A stretch of DNA of 64,000 nucleotides, taken from NCBI GenBank assembly GCA_963701965.1, contig OY969695.1, positions 2,880,001-2,944,000 of the forward strand. The letters are read 5' to 3'. The DNA is from an uncultured Gemmatimonadales bacterium. GTDB taxonomy: Bacteria; Gemmatimonadota; Gemmatimonadetes; Gemmatimonadales; Gemmatimonadaceae. The position numbers and the translations under genes are program-made. The notes under the pieces were generated by a model, which saw only the letters and a list, made by a program, of their open reading frames with translations, did no database searches and had not been told where the DNA came from. Below are positions 38,013-48,653 of the stretch, one piece after another. The first letter of the stretch is position 1; the number at the start of each line of letters is the position of its first letter.

Positions 38013-38400
38013 CGATAACAACGGAGAGATTCCCGCCGCCATCGTCGAGGCGGTGCGGGCGTTAGCCGAGTACGAGGCCTCGATGGCCGCCTACGTGTCG
38101 CTGGCCCAAGAGCATCCGACGCCGCGGTCGTTGCGCCGATTTCGCGAGGAGCGCGCCGGTCTTGCCGGCGACCGCCGCCGCGTGCGGCGCGAGTTGCGCG
38201 AGATGCTGGCCGATTTCACGGGCGCGTTGCGCGCGCACGGCGTGCCGCCGGAGCGCATGGTGATCGCGGTCAAGACCATCGCCGAGCGGGCGCTGGGTCG
38301 GTCGAACACGCTGCTGGCGGCGACGCTGCGTAGTGATCTTATGCTGTGGGCGATTGAGACGTACTACGCTGGTGCGCCGGGTGGCAGCGAGGGCGTATAA
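38005..38400 (+). CDS. Hypothetical protein
   Basis: 131-aa helical ORF overlapping the HK stop; LRAHGVPPERMVIAVK...WAIETYY. Confidence 0.65.
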   Translation: MTDDNNGEIPAAIVEAVRALAEYEASMAAYVSLAQEHPTPRSLRRFREERAGLAGDRRRVRRELREMLADFTGALRAHGVPPERMVIAVKTIAERALGRSNTLLAATLRSDLMLWAIETYYAGAPGGSEGV

Positions 38401-38492
38401 CGGAACTCGACGCCGTTCTATCAATCACCAGGCGTTCCATTACGTGCGCATCGCGGTCGTGACTGCGCAGGGACCACCCACTGAGTCGGTGA

Positions 38493-38750
38493 TTGAGCCG
38501 TGAGGCACGCATGTGGAACTTGGTGGTCACGGCGGTCTCGGTTGTGGTGGTCGCCGCACGTATCACACTGAGTATCGCCATCCACGAAGACCGAACGGGT
38601 CGAGACGAGTCTCTACCGGGGTGGCTTTCCACGAAGTGGCGTCCGATCCGCGGTCCTCTGACCGAGCGTGGGCGTTTGCTATGGCGCTTGCGGCTCTTGT
38701 GTGTCGGCGTTGGCGCCTCCGTCATTCTCCTGTGGCACTATGCCGCATAG
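38493..38750 (+). CDS. Small two-TM hypothetical protein
   Basis: Two hydrophobic segments; probable ATG at 38511 after GAGG. Confidence 0.45.
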   Translation: MSREARMWNLVVTAVSVVVVAARITLSIAIHEDRTGRDESLPGWLSTKWRPIRGPLTERGRLLWRLRLLCVGVGASVILLWHYAA

Positions 38751-40193
38751 CAGCGTAGGCCATGCGTGCGTAGCCCCCCGGCGAATCCGGCGGGTGCACC
38801 TGAGTAGCGTTAACTCCGGGTCTTCGCACGCCGCGCGGTAATGTGCTAGACCAACGTGGCTATCCGACGTCGTCCGTTGGAAAACAGCCTATACTCAATG
38901 CACGCGCCAGGAGCACTTTAAGGATGTGAATGGGTACCGACTCGGCCTTGGGCTATCGCCAGGGCCCAGCACTACCGTTGTGGGCCCAGTTTCATCAAGC
39001 CACTGCGCGCGTCGCGAATGAGACCAGGCAGCAAGCCTTCGTCGCGGCGTATGGAATCTCGCAGATCGAGAGTTGGGGCACCCCCGAGTGTGCCCGGGCC
39101 TTGCCCCGCTGATGATGTATCACGCGAAGGAAGAATCTGCAATTCTGAGAAGCCGACGGAACTGACATAGCGGCGAACGCGGTCGGTCGCCGACAACGGC
39201 ACGTCGGAGCGTGTGAACGCAATGGCCACCAGCGACGCAGCATCGATATGGCCTGCGCCGGGTTCCGTGGACACCATCTTTAAGGTGTTCTTTACGGAAT
39301 CGGGGGTGCCGATGGGCACGAGACGGCGGTACAGTCGGGAGTTTAAGCTCGAGGCGGTGCGGCTGGTGTGCGAGCGCGGCGTGACGGTGGCGCAGGCGGC
39401 CCGGGACTTGGATGTGCATGTCAATGTGCTCCGGAGCTGGGTGCGGGAGCATCGCGCGGATCCGGCGCAGGCTTTTCCCGGAGTCGGCCAGCAGAAACCG
39501 GACGACGCCGAGGTGACACAGCTCCGACGGGAGATCGCGCGCCTCAAGATGGAGCGCGACGTACTAAAAAGCCGCGGCCTACTTTGCGAAGGAGTCACTG
39601 TGAAGTTCGGCTTCGTCGCGACGCACCGAGGGATCTGGCCGGTGGCAGTGCAGTGCGAGGCGCTCGGGGTCTCGCGCAGCGGGTTCTATGCCTGGCGCAC
39701 GCGCCCACCGAGTGCCCGCACGCGGACCAATGCGGCGATCCTGGCGACCCTCCGGGTGCGCTTCGCGTTGTCGGACGCCACGTACGGGGCGCGACGTCTG
39801 GTGCTCGACGTACGCGACGCCGGCCATGTCTGCAGTCGGCAGCATGTCGCCCGGCTAATGCGGGGGGCCGCGCTCCGGGCACGACCCCGGCGTCGCGCGC
39901 GGCCCATGGATACGGGTGAGAGTGCGTTGCACGCGATCGCGCCGAACGTGCTCGATCGACAGTTTGGCGCGTCCGCCCCGAATCAGAAATGGGTCGCCGA
40001 CTTTACCTACGTCTGGACGACCGAGGGCTGGCTCTATGTCGCCGCGGTGCTCGATCTCTTCTCGCGCCGCGTGGTCGGCTGGTCGATGCACGCGACAATG
40101 ACCACGCAGCTCGTGGCTGACGCGCTCCTCATGGCGGTGTGGCGCCGCGGTCCACGGGCGACCGTCCTCCATCACTCGGATCAGGGCAGCCAG

Positions 40194-41658
40194 GGTGGAT
40201 TCAATCGGTCGTCGCAACACCTAGCAGAGGGGTTGCGATGTCGACGAAAAGACAGCGGTCTTCAGGTCGAGCCGGGCGAGTCGTCGTGTTGCGCTCACCG
40301 GGCCGGCCCTCGGTGGCACAGCGGGACGAGCGGCGACGATTCTGGGTCGCGATCGCAGTGGGGTGCTCCAGTGATGACGCCGCGATCGCCGTCGGAGTGT
40401 CGCCCGCTGTGGGCAGACAATGGTTCCGGGAGACTGGCGGGATGCCCCCATCACACCTTGCGCCGTCATCGCCACCCCGGTCCGGGCGGTACCTGTCGAT
40501 CGCGGAACGCGAGGAACTGGCGATCCTGCGCACGCACGGGCACGGCGTGCGCGAGATCGCCCGTCGCTTGACACGCGCGCCGTCGACGATCTCGCGCGAG
40601 GTGCGACGGAATGCCGCGACGCGTGGCCGTGGGTTCGCCTATCGGGCCACGACGGCGCAGTGGTACGCCGACCGAGCCGCTCGTTCGTCCGAGGTCGCCC
40701 CGACTGGCGGTCCATGCGGCGCTCCGCGCGTATGTGGAAGACCGTCTGGCCGGTGTGGTCGTCGCGCCTGACGGCGCCGCCGTCCCCGGTCCCGTCGTGG
40801 CGTGGAAGGGTCGTCGGCACGGGCCCCGGCAGCACCGGCGGTGGGCGTCGGCGTGGGGTCCGGAACAAATTGCGCATCGCCTGCGACTCGACTTTCCCAC
40901 GGACCCCTCCATGCACATCAGCCACGAGGCCATCTACCAGGCGCTGTACGTGCAGGGCCGGGGCGCCCTGCGCCGTGAGTTGACCGCGTGCCTGCGGACG
41001 GGGCGGGCGCTGCGCGTGCCGCGGGCGCGCAGCCGCGGGCAGGGCAAGGCCTTTGTCACGCCGGAGCTCATGATCACCGCGCGCCCGCCGGAGGCGGCCG
41101 ACCGCGCGGTGCCGGGCCATTGGGAGGGCGCCCTGATCCTGGGCGTGGGCAGTTCGGCGATCGGCACCTTGGTGGAGCGCACGACGCGGTTCACGCTCTT
41201 GCTGCACCTGCCGCCTATGGCGGGCCATGGCCTCGGCGCTCGCGAGAAGAACGGGCCTGCCCTCGCCGGGCATGGCGCCGAGGCGGTCTGCGACGCGATC
41301 ACGCGCACGATCGCCACCTTACCCGAGCAGCTCCGACGCTCGCTGACGTGGGATCAAGGGGCGGAGATGTCGCAGCACGCCCGCCTGCGCATCGACGCCG
41401 GCCTGCGCGTCTACTTCTGCGACCCCCACAGTCCGTGGCCGCGCGGCACGAACGAGAACACCAACGGCTTGTTGCGACAGTACTTTCCGAAGGGCACGGA
41501 CCTGAGCCTGCACAGCGCGACCGACGTGGAAGCCGTGGCCCTCAACCTCAACACCAGGCCTCGGAAGACCCTCGGTTGGAGAACACCAGCCGAGGCGCTG
41601 GATCAGCTCCTACGTTCCACACATTCAGCCGCTGTTGCGACGACCAGTTGAATCCGGG
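40194..41658 (+). mobile_element. IS30-family insertion sequence
   Basis: IR core GGATTCAA(TC/CT)GGTCGTCGCAACA at both ends; flanked by duplicated CAG (40191-93 and 41659-61). Confidence 0.9.
40238..41651 (+). pseudogene. IS30 transposase, frameshifted
   Basis: RYLSIAEREE/RAPSTISREVRRN in one frame; ISHEAIYQALY, GHWEGALI, TWDQGAEM and RGTNENTNGLLRQYFPKG in another. Shift near 40685; the first DDE Asp reads Ala. Confidence 0.88.
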
Positions 41659-42049
41659 CAGTATACCAGTGAACCCTTTCAGCGCCTGTTGCGGGATCTC
41701 GGCGTCATCTGCAGCATGAGTCGGTCCGGCAACGTCTGGGATAACTCGGTGATGGAGAGCTTCTTCTCCACACTCAAGACGGAGCGCTGTCACCGGCGCG
41801 GTTACGCCACGCGGCAGGCCGCGCGCGCCGACGTCTTTGACTACATCGAACGCTTCTACAATCCCACGCGGAGGCATTCCACCCTGGGCAACATCAGCCC
41901 CATTGCGTTTGAGCGGGCGATGTCAGTAGCGTAACTCACCGTCCACAGAACCCGGCGCAGGCCAATGCGAACTTACTACGTCACCGCGTCCTGAGGGCGG
42001 GTTTCGGAGAGCAGCTCGACGTTCATTCCTGTCTAAAGCGGAGCAAAGT

Positions 42050-42466
42050 GTGACGAACACTGTCGACAGGTCCGCCGATCGAATTCCGAAATTAGTAATT
42101 GTCTGTGTCGTCACCGCTGCGTTAGTGGCAGTCGCCGCGGTGTACCAACCGTCGTACCGGGTAGCAGCCACTGCGAATGGCGATCACTTTCTGGTTGCTG
42201 GCGCCGGGCACGCTGTTGGAACAATGGGTAAGTGGACATATTTTAACTACTTCACGCACGATAGCGAGCCCTCCCGCCTCGACGCGGATGTGGCGGAGCT
42301 GCTGCGGGACGTGGTGGCGCCAGCGGCCGATCGTTACGGAGACACGGTGATCGCCATTCAGGCCATCAAACCTCGATTGCACATAGGGATCCTTGTGAAC
42401 ACCAGCAAGCGATTCTCGTTTCGTTTCGTGAAGCGAGACGGTCGCTGGGTGAACATCGCCTATTAG
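42050..42466 (+). CDS. Hypothetical membrane-anchored protein
   Basis: GGAG before GTG; one N-terminal TM; 138 aa. Confidence 0.55.
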   Translation: MTNTVDRSADRIPKLVIVCVVTAALVAVAAVYQPSYRVAATANGDHFLVAGAGHAVGTMGKWTYFNYFTHDSEPSRLDADVAELLRDVVAPAADRYGDTVIAIQAIKPRLHIGILVNTSKRFSFRFVKRDGRWVNIAY

Positions 42467-42578
42467 TAGATCACAGATCAACAACGCCGTACTGATGTTC
42501 CACGACGTGGCGAGAACAGGAACGCCCTGGTTCTGGACTGGCATCTTCTGTGACTAGGGTCAACGCCTCGATGCCATG

Positions 42579-43112
42579 CTATAAATGCCGTCCCTGGGCT
42601 CGCCGAACGAGGTCCCGCAGCTCTTCAGTCGCTCCAGTGCCGCCACCGGTAAAATTTGCATCCAACGGTATGAATAGGAGAACATCCGCAGATTGAGGAG
42701 CCACGTCGAAACGCACTCGGGTGAATCGCGGCCGATCGTATGGATGCGTTAGTTCGACGTGCGATATGCCAGACAACGGGATACGGCGCGTGCTCCTTCG
42801 AGTGCGCACTTCGAGCTCGTCTCCGACCAGCCACACATCCTTGAACCGACGTCCCCGATAAACACACCACGTTACAAGTGCGAGCCAAAACACACCCGTG
42901 GCGAAGATCATCCAGTGAACGTGCCCCGCCGCAAGAGCCTGCGCGATGCCGGGGATCTGGAATGCGAAACCACCGATTCCCACGAACGCCGGGAGGATCA
43001 GGCGATAGAAGACAGTGATGCTACGCGAGGAGAGCCGGCGTTGCCTGACGGGTATAGCAGTGGAACCGTCCCCGTCACCTGCTCCGGTCCCCTCAGCAAC
43101 TTCGTCTCTCAC
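42579..43112 (-). CDS. Hypothetical two-TM protein, candidate Rhs immunity protein
   Basis: Two TM helices then a small beta-rich domain; first same-strand gene downstream of Rhs1. Confidence 0.55.
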   Translation of the reverse strand: MRDEVAEGTGAGDGDGSTAIPVRQRRLSSRSITVFYRLILPAFVGIGGFAFQIPGIAQALAAGHVHWMIFATGVFWLALVTWCVYRGRRFKDVWLVGDELEVRTRRSTRRIPLSGISHVELTHPYDRPRFTRVRFDVAPQSADVLLFIPLDANFTGGGTGATEELRDLVRRAQGRHL

Positions 43113-43282
43113 GGTGAATTTCGTCCTTGATGGGGGGCCTTGTCAGGACCTTTCGGACACATAACATCCCTCCACCCTCTGCGAAGTCAATCGAAATGCG
43201 TTTCCGGTACGCCTAGCGGCGACGGATTTCGTGCCAACGCAGCCTCCTTCGCCGCCGGTAGGTGCTCCCACTCCGATCCTCG

Positions 43283-46200
43283 CTAGTAATCCAGCAGGCC
43301 GCCAGCACAACCATAGCGGTATCCGTAATAGCGCCCCGGGCTCTGAATAGTGATGCAACCAGTCTTGGGCCCCAGTGGAATCGACAAACTAGGTGGCAAC
43401 CCGAAGCTTCCGCCGTTTCCCCAGTAGAACCCGTTCACGTAGAGTCCTCCTGCGAGTCCCCCACCGCTGATACCCAGACTCAAGGTAGTTGGTGGCCCGA
43501 GTGTGAAGTTCGTCACATTGGAACCGGATACAACGTTGCCTACGATTATGCTGTTCGTATTGGTCATTCCATCGGGGCCAAAAGTCGTGCAATTTTGAAC
43601 TATGCCAATGCTGCCACACAAGGTCTGCGAAATCTGGAAAGGACCGAACAATGACGTACTAGGCGGGGCGCCACAGGGACTTGATTGTGTGGAATTTCCG
43701 TAGTTGCAACTGGAAGGAGGAGGTGGTGGAGGAGGCGGCAGGGTTGAATTCGCATCGCCCGAGTCGCCGCCTCCCTGATCCGAACCGCCGTCGCTTCCGC
43801 CCTCCGGATCACAATCGGCAACAGACGGGTCCGCACAGTCCATCCCGCTCGGATCCCTGCCGTTGATCGGGTCTCCGCCCGCGAACGCGTATTGATTGAT
43901 CCCCGCTGAAAGGCCCAGTGGATCCGGCGAAATGAACCGACGCGTCGTGGGGTCATACCACCGCGCTCTCATGTAGTACAGGGAAGCAACACCTCCCTCG
44001 TAGAGCAGCCCTTTCCACCGCAACTGCGTCGTGTCGCCGGATGACAAGCCGACGGCCGCGGTCCCCCACGGCTCATACGTCAGTAATTGGTCGACGGTGT
44101 CCGCGTGAAACTCGGCAAAGACGTTGCCTAACGCATCCTGCGCGTAATAGTGAATGGCGCCCGCCAATGCTCCTGTAATCCGGGCCAACGGCTGATCTGT
44201 GCCACCCGGCATATACGCGAACTCGGCAATGCGGGTGTTCCCGCTGCTGTCCACAATCGCGAGGAGCTGGCCACTATCCCAGATGTAGTACTGATCGGGC
44301 TGGCCGCTCTCCGCACGATGCACCAACTGCCCTTGCGCATTGTATTCGTACGTGCGGGTAGTGGGTCCAATGATCTGCCGGAGCAGGCCGTCGGCACTCC
44401 ACTTGTAGGTCGTTGTCGCCGAGCCGGAGGTTGTACTCATTCGGTTCCCATCCGAATCGCTGCCGAACGTCAAGCCCGTCCCCGAACTCAGAGCCTTCCA
44501 CGCAGTCATCAAACCGTTGCCTGATGCAAACGTGGCTATCGTGTCTGTCGCACCGACCTTGATCGTATCGAGACCTTGCGCCGAATCGAACGTCAATGCG
44601 TACTGTTGTAGCAGGCTGTATTTGGTGGTATCGCCCTGATGACATCCGTTGCCCTGGAACTGGTGATTCGGACAGGTCGTAACGGTGCTCTTCCAGGTAC
44701 CCAATTGCCGGCCGATAAGCTCGCCGAGTTTATCATAGGTGAAGAACGCGACTGTGTCATTCAGCTGCACAGTGTTGAGGTCTAACTCGTTGATGCGGCC
44801 GGTCGGGTCGTATCCGTAGCTCCGAGACAGAGCACTGGTCAGCCCAGACCATGTGCTGGAGACCAACTGGTCCGTATCGGTGGTAGAGTCCACTCGCATC
44901 ACACTGCTCGGGTAGGTGACCGTATCGCGTCGACGGTCTGCGTCGTAACCAAAGAGCGCCCGCGAAGACCCTCCGAGCCTGAGGCTGTCGAGAAGGCCAC
45001 TGCTGGCATTGAAGAAATAGTGTCGATTGTTCGGTGTGAACGCGGTCGCCGTGGTTTTCAGACCGACCGAGTCGACGCGCCCAAGATTGTCATGGTGATA
45101 GTAGCGTCTGAAGCTCTTTCCATGAATATGCGTCGTCGTTGAGTCGAGCCATCCAAACGCGTCCGAGTAGAAGCTACTATCTGTCGACACCATATCATGC
45201 GTGACAGCGAGGTCCCCGGATATCGAGTACTGCATGATCTCGAGGGTGTCCGCATCCCCGCTGAACGCTGCGGGCCGATGCACGGCCGTGTCACGGCCGA
45301 TCCGGTCGTACCCGTAGGTGATTTGCTGCCCACGCCGGTTCGTTACGACTGCCGGGAGTTCGAACTTATTGTAAGTGGTCGTAGTCGTGCGGCTGGTCGG
45401 GTCCGTCTGACTCGTGGGAAGACCCAAGGCATTGTACACGGTCGTGTACCGCCGACCATTCGGGTCCGTGACCGACACCACGTGCGATGCGGAATCATAG
45501 GTGTAGGACGTCGGCCGGTTGAAGCTATCATGGACGACCGTCGCACGATTGAGCATGTCGTAAGTCGTGGTCGTCAAAGTCGTTTGCCCCGCCGTGGCAC
45601 TTCCTGTGACCGTTGACGTCCGACCACGACCATCGAATCTCTTAGACGTGAACCGGCCGCTCGGCGTAGCCGCCACACTGTCAAGATTGCCAGTCCTCGC
45701 GTCGTAGAACTGTACCGTCGTGTGCCCTAATGCGTCGACGAGCGCGCTATCCCGTCCCAGGTGGTCGGTGAAGTACGTCATCTGGTTGCTGCCGGCCACT
45801 TGTACCGAGTCGACATGGCCGCGCTTGTAGGTGCTGTCGTTGATGAAGAACGTCTGCGTCGGACCGCCACTCACGGTAATCGTACTCACCTCGCCGAACG
45901 GTCCGTACGTATATGTGGTGGTGTTTTGCCCGGCCGGCGTGCTCGACGTGAGAAACGGGCCAGTGTACTCGTAGTTGTCGGTCTTGCCACTGAAACTCTT
46001 GAACTGCGTCGGAAATCCGTTCGCGTCTCGTGTGTAAAAGGAGGAGATGCCAAACGGTATGTCGTACTGCAGCAGCTGGCCCCAAGGATCGAGCGTCACG
46101 AAGTAATTATGGCCCGCCGTGCTGAGCTCATTGGCGCAGGCGACGTTGTTCGACCGGAATGGCGCCGCCGGAGTGCTGGCACTCGTCCGCCCGGTAGGCA

Positions 46201-48193
46201 GCGCGCAAGTCTGGTATGGGTGAAAGGCCTGCCGGAGCGAGATAGTCGCGGGCAACGGCGATCCCGCGGTCCCGGTATCGATCAGCGTGGCCGGATAGAT
46301 GATCGTATCGACCTTCCAGGTCGTACTATCGTAGGCGTAGCGCGTCAGATTCCCGTTGCGGTCTGTCACCGAATTGAGCCGCCCCAGACCGTCGTATCCG
46401 AGTTTTGTAGTGTCGCCGCCCGGATCAATCCAGGCCGTGAGAAACCCACTGGCGTCGACCACAAGGTGCGTGACGCGGGCTTGCGCCGACGTCGAATCTC
46501 CGATCGTCCCGTCCGTATCCGGCTCGATGATCGAGCGGAGACCATTGGCGGTCCAGGTGAGCAGCCAGGCCGTGTGGCCGCCTCCCGGCTTCAGGCGCCA
46601 CGGGTCCGTGATCGAGTCGAGCCGGTTGTTGGAGTTGTACTTGTAATTGATCGTATCGTTCAACCGGTCAATCGTCCGAATGATCTGTCCGCTGGGTGCG
46701 TAGTACTCCTTGGACGAATCAGGGTAGACCACCTCTATCCCGCCGCCGAAGGTACTATCGGCACTCACGAATCGGAGCTGGTTCGCCACGTTGGCTCCTG
46801 GAGGAGCGGACCAGGTGCAACCCCAAGCGAAGCATTGCGCGTTGTTATACATGATCACCGACCCGTCGCCACGCCCAATGGTCTCGTTCTCCGACCCGCC
46901 GTCCTCCGGATTGAATCGGCCGTTCTGACCAAGAATGGTCCAGCCGTGAGCAATGGTCGAGCCTCGAGTATTGTGGATGACCACATGGTGCGACGAATCA
47001 GTCACGGTGTCGCGGTGGCTATCCTGATAGACCGCCACAACGGTCATCCTGAGGGGATAACTGCCATTGGCAAGTCCACTCGCGTCGAACACTCCGGAGA
47101 GTCTGTACGGCTTCGTCGAGCCGTAGACGGAGTCGCCTTTGAAGTAGATCGTGGTGTCGCCGTTCAGAAACACGATCTTCTGCCATGCGCCGCTCTGGTG
47201 CAGGAAGGCCGTGAGTTGCAACTGCGTGACCTTGTACGTCGTATCCGTGGTACCATGGCCAACGGTCACGTCAGCACTCAGGATCGGCCGCGCCGCAACG
47301 CGATCGCCGTTGTAGACCAATGTCACGGATCGCGCGACGTCCCGCGAGATGTAAGGGACCGTGCTGAGCGCCGCCGTCATCGCGTAACACGCCGAGTGGC
47401 AGCGGCTCTCATCCTGATCTTCCTGGTTGGTGTACGCCGTACTGACGACAAGCTGGGGCGCATAGTGAACCGCAATACTGACCGCCGCCGAGTCGGCATT
47501 GCCATTCCATCGCGCCTTGAGTTGCACCGCGCCGCTCGAAGCGGTCGCCGCGGTCTGGTATGTCACGATCACCGCGTGCAGTCCGGGCGGCACCGTATCG
47601 ATGCTCGGCCCGTGACAAGTCGAGATGCCCGATCCGGTGCAAGACGCCGTCAACGTGTCAATTGTGGTGCTGCCCGTATAGTTGTGGACGTAGAAGGTCT
47701 GCAATGTGTCCTGGTTGGGATTCACCAGTGACGGCCCTCCCGAGTCGATCACCGCGATAATCTTGCGTGTGATGGTGAGTGATGCGCTGGTGCAGGTTCC
47801 CATGTTACCGGCCAGCAAACCGCTGCATCCCCATGCTTGGAGGACATTGCCACTACCGATTGACAGCGAGTACGTCGCCGTCTTGGTCCAGCAGCCGCCG
47901 CTATAGGTCAGTCCCGTAATCGTGGTGCCGTTAAACTTGGCCGAATCGCCGGCCGCGGGACTCTCGCAAATGGAGATCATCTCGGTCCTGCTCGCAACGC
48001 TGTCGATCGTTGTCGAAGGATTGAACGTGATGGTCACTGGGTTGATACATGTCCCCGTGCACGCGTTCGGATTAGCCTGCGCTTGCGCGGTCCACGCCAG
48101 TGGACCCATAGTCGCCAGCGACAATACGAATAACAGCGCAGGGAGAATGCGAGACAGGGAGTACCACATCCACTGCGGGACTGACGCTGACAT
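43283..48193 (-). CDS. Rhs/YD-repeat protein 1 with Sec signal peptide and unique C-terminal domain
   Basis: Signal ILPALLFVLSLATMGPLAWTAQA; YD repeats; core YYMRARWYDPTTRRFISPDPLG...NQYAFAGGDPINGRDPSG; ~186-aa tail. Start 48193 (AGAGG RBS) or 48217. Confidence 0.95.
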   Translation of the reverse strand: MSASVPQWMWYSLSRILPALLFVLSLATMGPLAWTAQAQANPNACTGTCINPVTITFNPSTTIDSVASRTEMISICESPAAGDSAKFNGTTITGLTYSGGCWTKTATYSLSIGSGNVLQAWGCSGLLAGNMGTCTSASLTITRKIIAVIDSGGPSLVNPNQDTLQTFYVHNYTGSTTIDTLTASCTGSGISTCHGPSIDTVPPGLHAVIVTYQTAATASSGAVQLKARWNGNADSAAVSIAVHYAPQLVVSTAYTNQEDQDESRCHSACYAMTAALSTVPYISRDVARSVTLVYNGDRVAARPILSADVTVGHGTTDTTYKVTQLQLTAFLHQSGAWQKIVFLNGDTTIYFKGDSVYGSTKPYRLSGVFDASGLANGSYPLRMTVVAVYQDSHRDTVTDSSHHVVIHNTRGSTIAHGWTILGQNGRFNPEDGGSENETIGRGDGSVIMYNNAQCFAWGCTWSAPPGANVANQLRFVSADSTFGGGIEVVYPDSSKEYYAPSGQIIRTIDRLNDTINYKYNSNNRLDSITDPWRLKPGGGHTAWLLTWTANGLRSIIEPDTDGTIGDSTSAQARVTHLVVDASGFLTAWIDPGGDTTKLGYDGLGRLNSVTDRNGNLTRYAYDSTTWKVDTIIYPATLIDTGTAGSPLPATISLRQAFHPYQTCALPTGRTSASTPAAPFRSNNVACANELSTAGHNYFVTLDPWGQLLQYDIPFGISSFYTRDANGFPTQFKSFSGKTDNYEYTGPFLTSSTPAGQNTTTYTYGPFGEVSTITVSGGPTQTFFINDSTYKRGHVDSVQVAGSNQMTYFTDHLGRDSALVDALGHTTVQFYDARTGNLDSVAATPSGRFTSKRFDGRGRTSTVTGSATAGQTTLTTTTYDMLNRATVVHDSFNRPTSYTYDSASHVVSVTDPNGRRYTTVYNALGLPTSQTDPTSRTTTTTYNKFELPAVVTNRRGQQITYGYDRIGRDTAVHRPAAFSGDADTLEIMQYSISGDLAVTHDMVSTDSSFYSDAFGWLDSTTTHIHGKSFRRYYHHDNLGRVDSVGLKTTATAFTPNNRHYFFNASSGLLDSLRLGGSSRALFGYDADRRRDTVTYPSSVMRVDSTTDTDQLVSSTWSGLTSALSRSYGYDPTGRINELDLNTVQLNDTVAFFTYDKLGELIGRQLGTWKSTVTTCPNHQFQGNGCHQGDTTKYSLLQQYALTFDSAQGLDTIKVGATDTIATFASGNGLMTAWKALSSGTGLTFGSDSDGNRMSTTSGSATTTYKWSADGLLRQIIGPTTRTYEYNAQGQLVHRAESGQPDQYYIWDSGQLLAIVDSSGNTRIAEFAYMPGGTDQPLARITGALAGAIHYYAQDALGNVFAEFHADTVDQLLTYEPWGTAAVGLSSGDTTQLRWKGLLYEGGVASLYYMRARWYDPTTRRFISPDPLGLSAGINQYAFAGGDPINGRDPSGMDCADPSVADCDPEGGSDGGSDQGGGDSGDANSTLPPPPPPPPSSCNYGNSTQSSPCGAPPSTSLFGPFQISQTLCGSIGIVQNCTTFGPDGMTNTNSIIVGNVVSGSNVTNFTLGPPTTLSLGISGGGLAGGLYVNGFYWGNGGSFGLPPSLSIPLGPKTGCITIQSPGRYYGYRYGCAGGLLDY

Positions 48194-48653
48194 GGGCCGA
48201 CCTCTGACTGGGGTCAACGGATGCGCCTTCGACGAGGCACGATCTATAGCGCGTCGGCATCATGCACACAGTGCCCGGGTCAGCCAGCGTGTCACGTCGC
48301 GAGACAGGACAATGCAGATGGGCTGAGTAGTCTACGCTTGTTGTCAGTTTTGAAATGGCCGCACGGCGTGATGTAACCGCGCCGTATTATGAGCAAATCG
48401 CCGGATCGATCAGCGACGCTGTGTGACGTGTGCGCGACGTCGGCTAGGTCGGCTTTGGAAGGGGCCGAGAATATAGGGTCTCCCAGGTCGCCCGCAGTGT
48501 CTCCGCCGGACAATGTGTCACCGGATAGGACACCCACGACATTCGTAGATCGCTAGGGCAAACTGCCAGTGGCGAGTCCCGACGCGGTGTCATATACTCG
48601 TCGCCCCGTTCCAGTCGCATCGTGCCGTCGTTTTGATTTGCATCCGACAATCA

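Larger units (their letters stand above)
39312..41934 (+). pseudogene. IS3 transposase OrfAB, split at 40193/41659
   Basis: OrfA RRRYSREFKLEAVRLV. OrfB WVADFTY...DLFSRRVVGW...HHSDQGSQ resumes after the IS30 as QYTS...SRSGNVWDNSVMESFF...YNPTRRHSTLG. Confidence 0.92.
39249..41964 (+). mobile_element. IS3-family insertion sequence interrupted by an IS30
   Basis: Terminal IRs TGGCCTGCGCCGGGTTCCGTGGAC (39249) and TGGCCTGCGCCGGGTTCTGTGGAC (reverse complement ending 41964), with TG...CA ends. Confidence 0.95.

Noticed and set aside
39240..41975. Target-site duplication for the IS3
   Set aside because: Flanks read GATA on the left and ATGC on the right; no exact direct repeat.
45761..47731. 656-aa plus-strand ORF and similar long ORFs (470..1378, 33093..34439, 49518..51086)
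   Set aside because: Antisense shadows of well-supported genes, typical of high-GC DNA; Arg-rich with no motifs.
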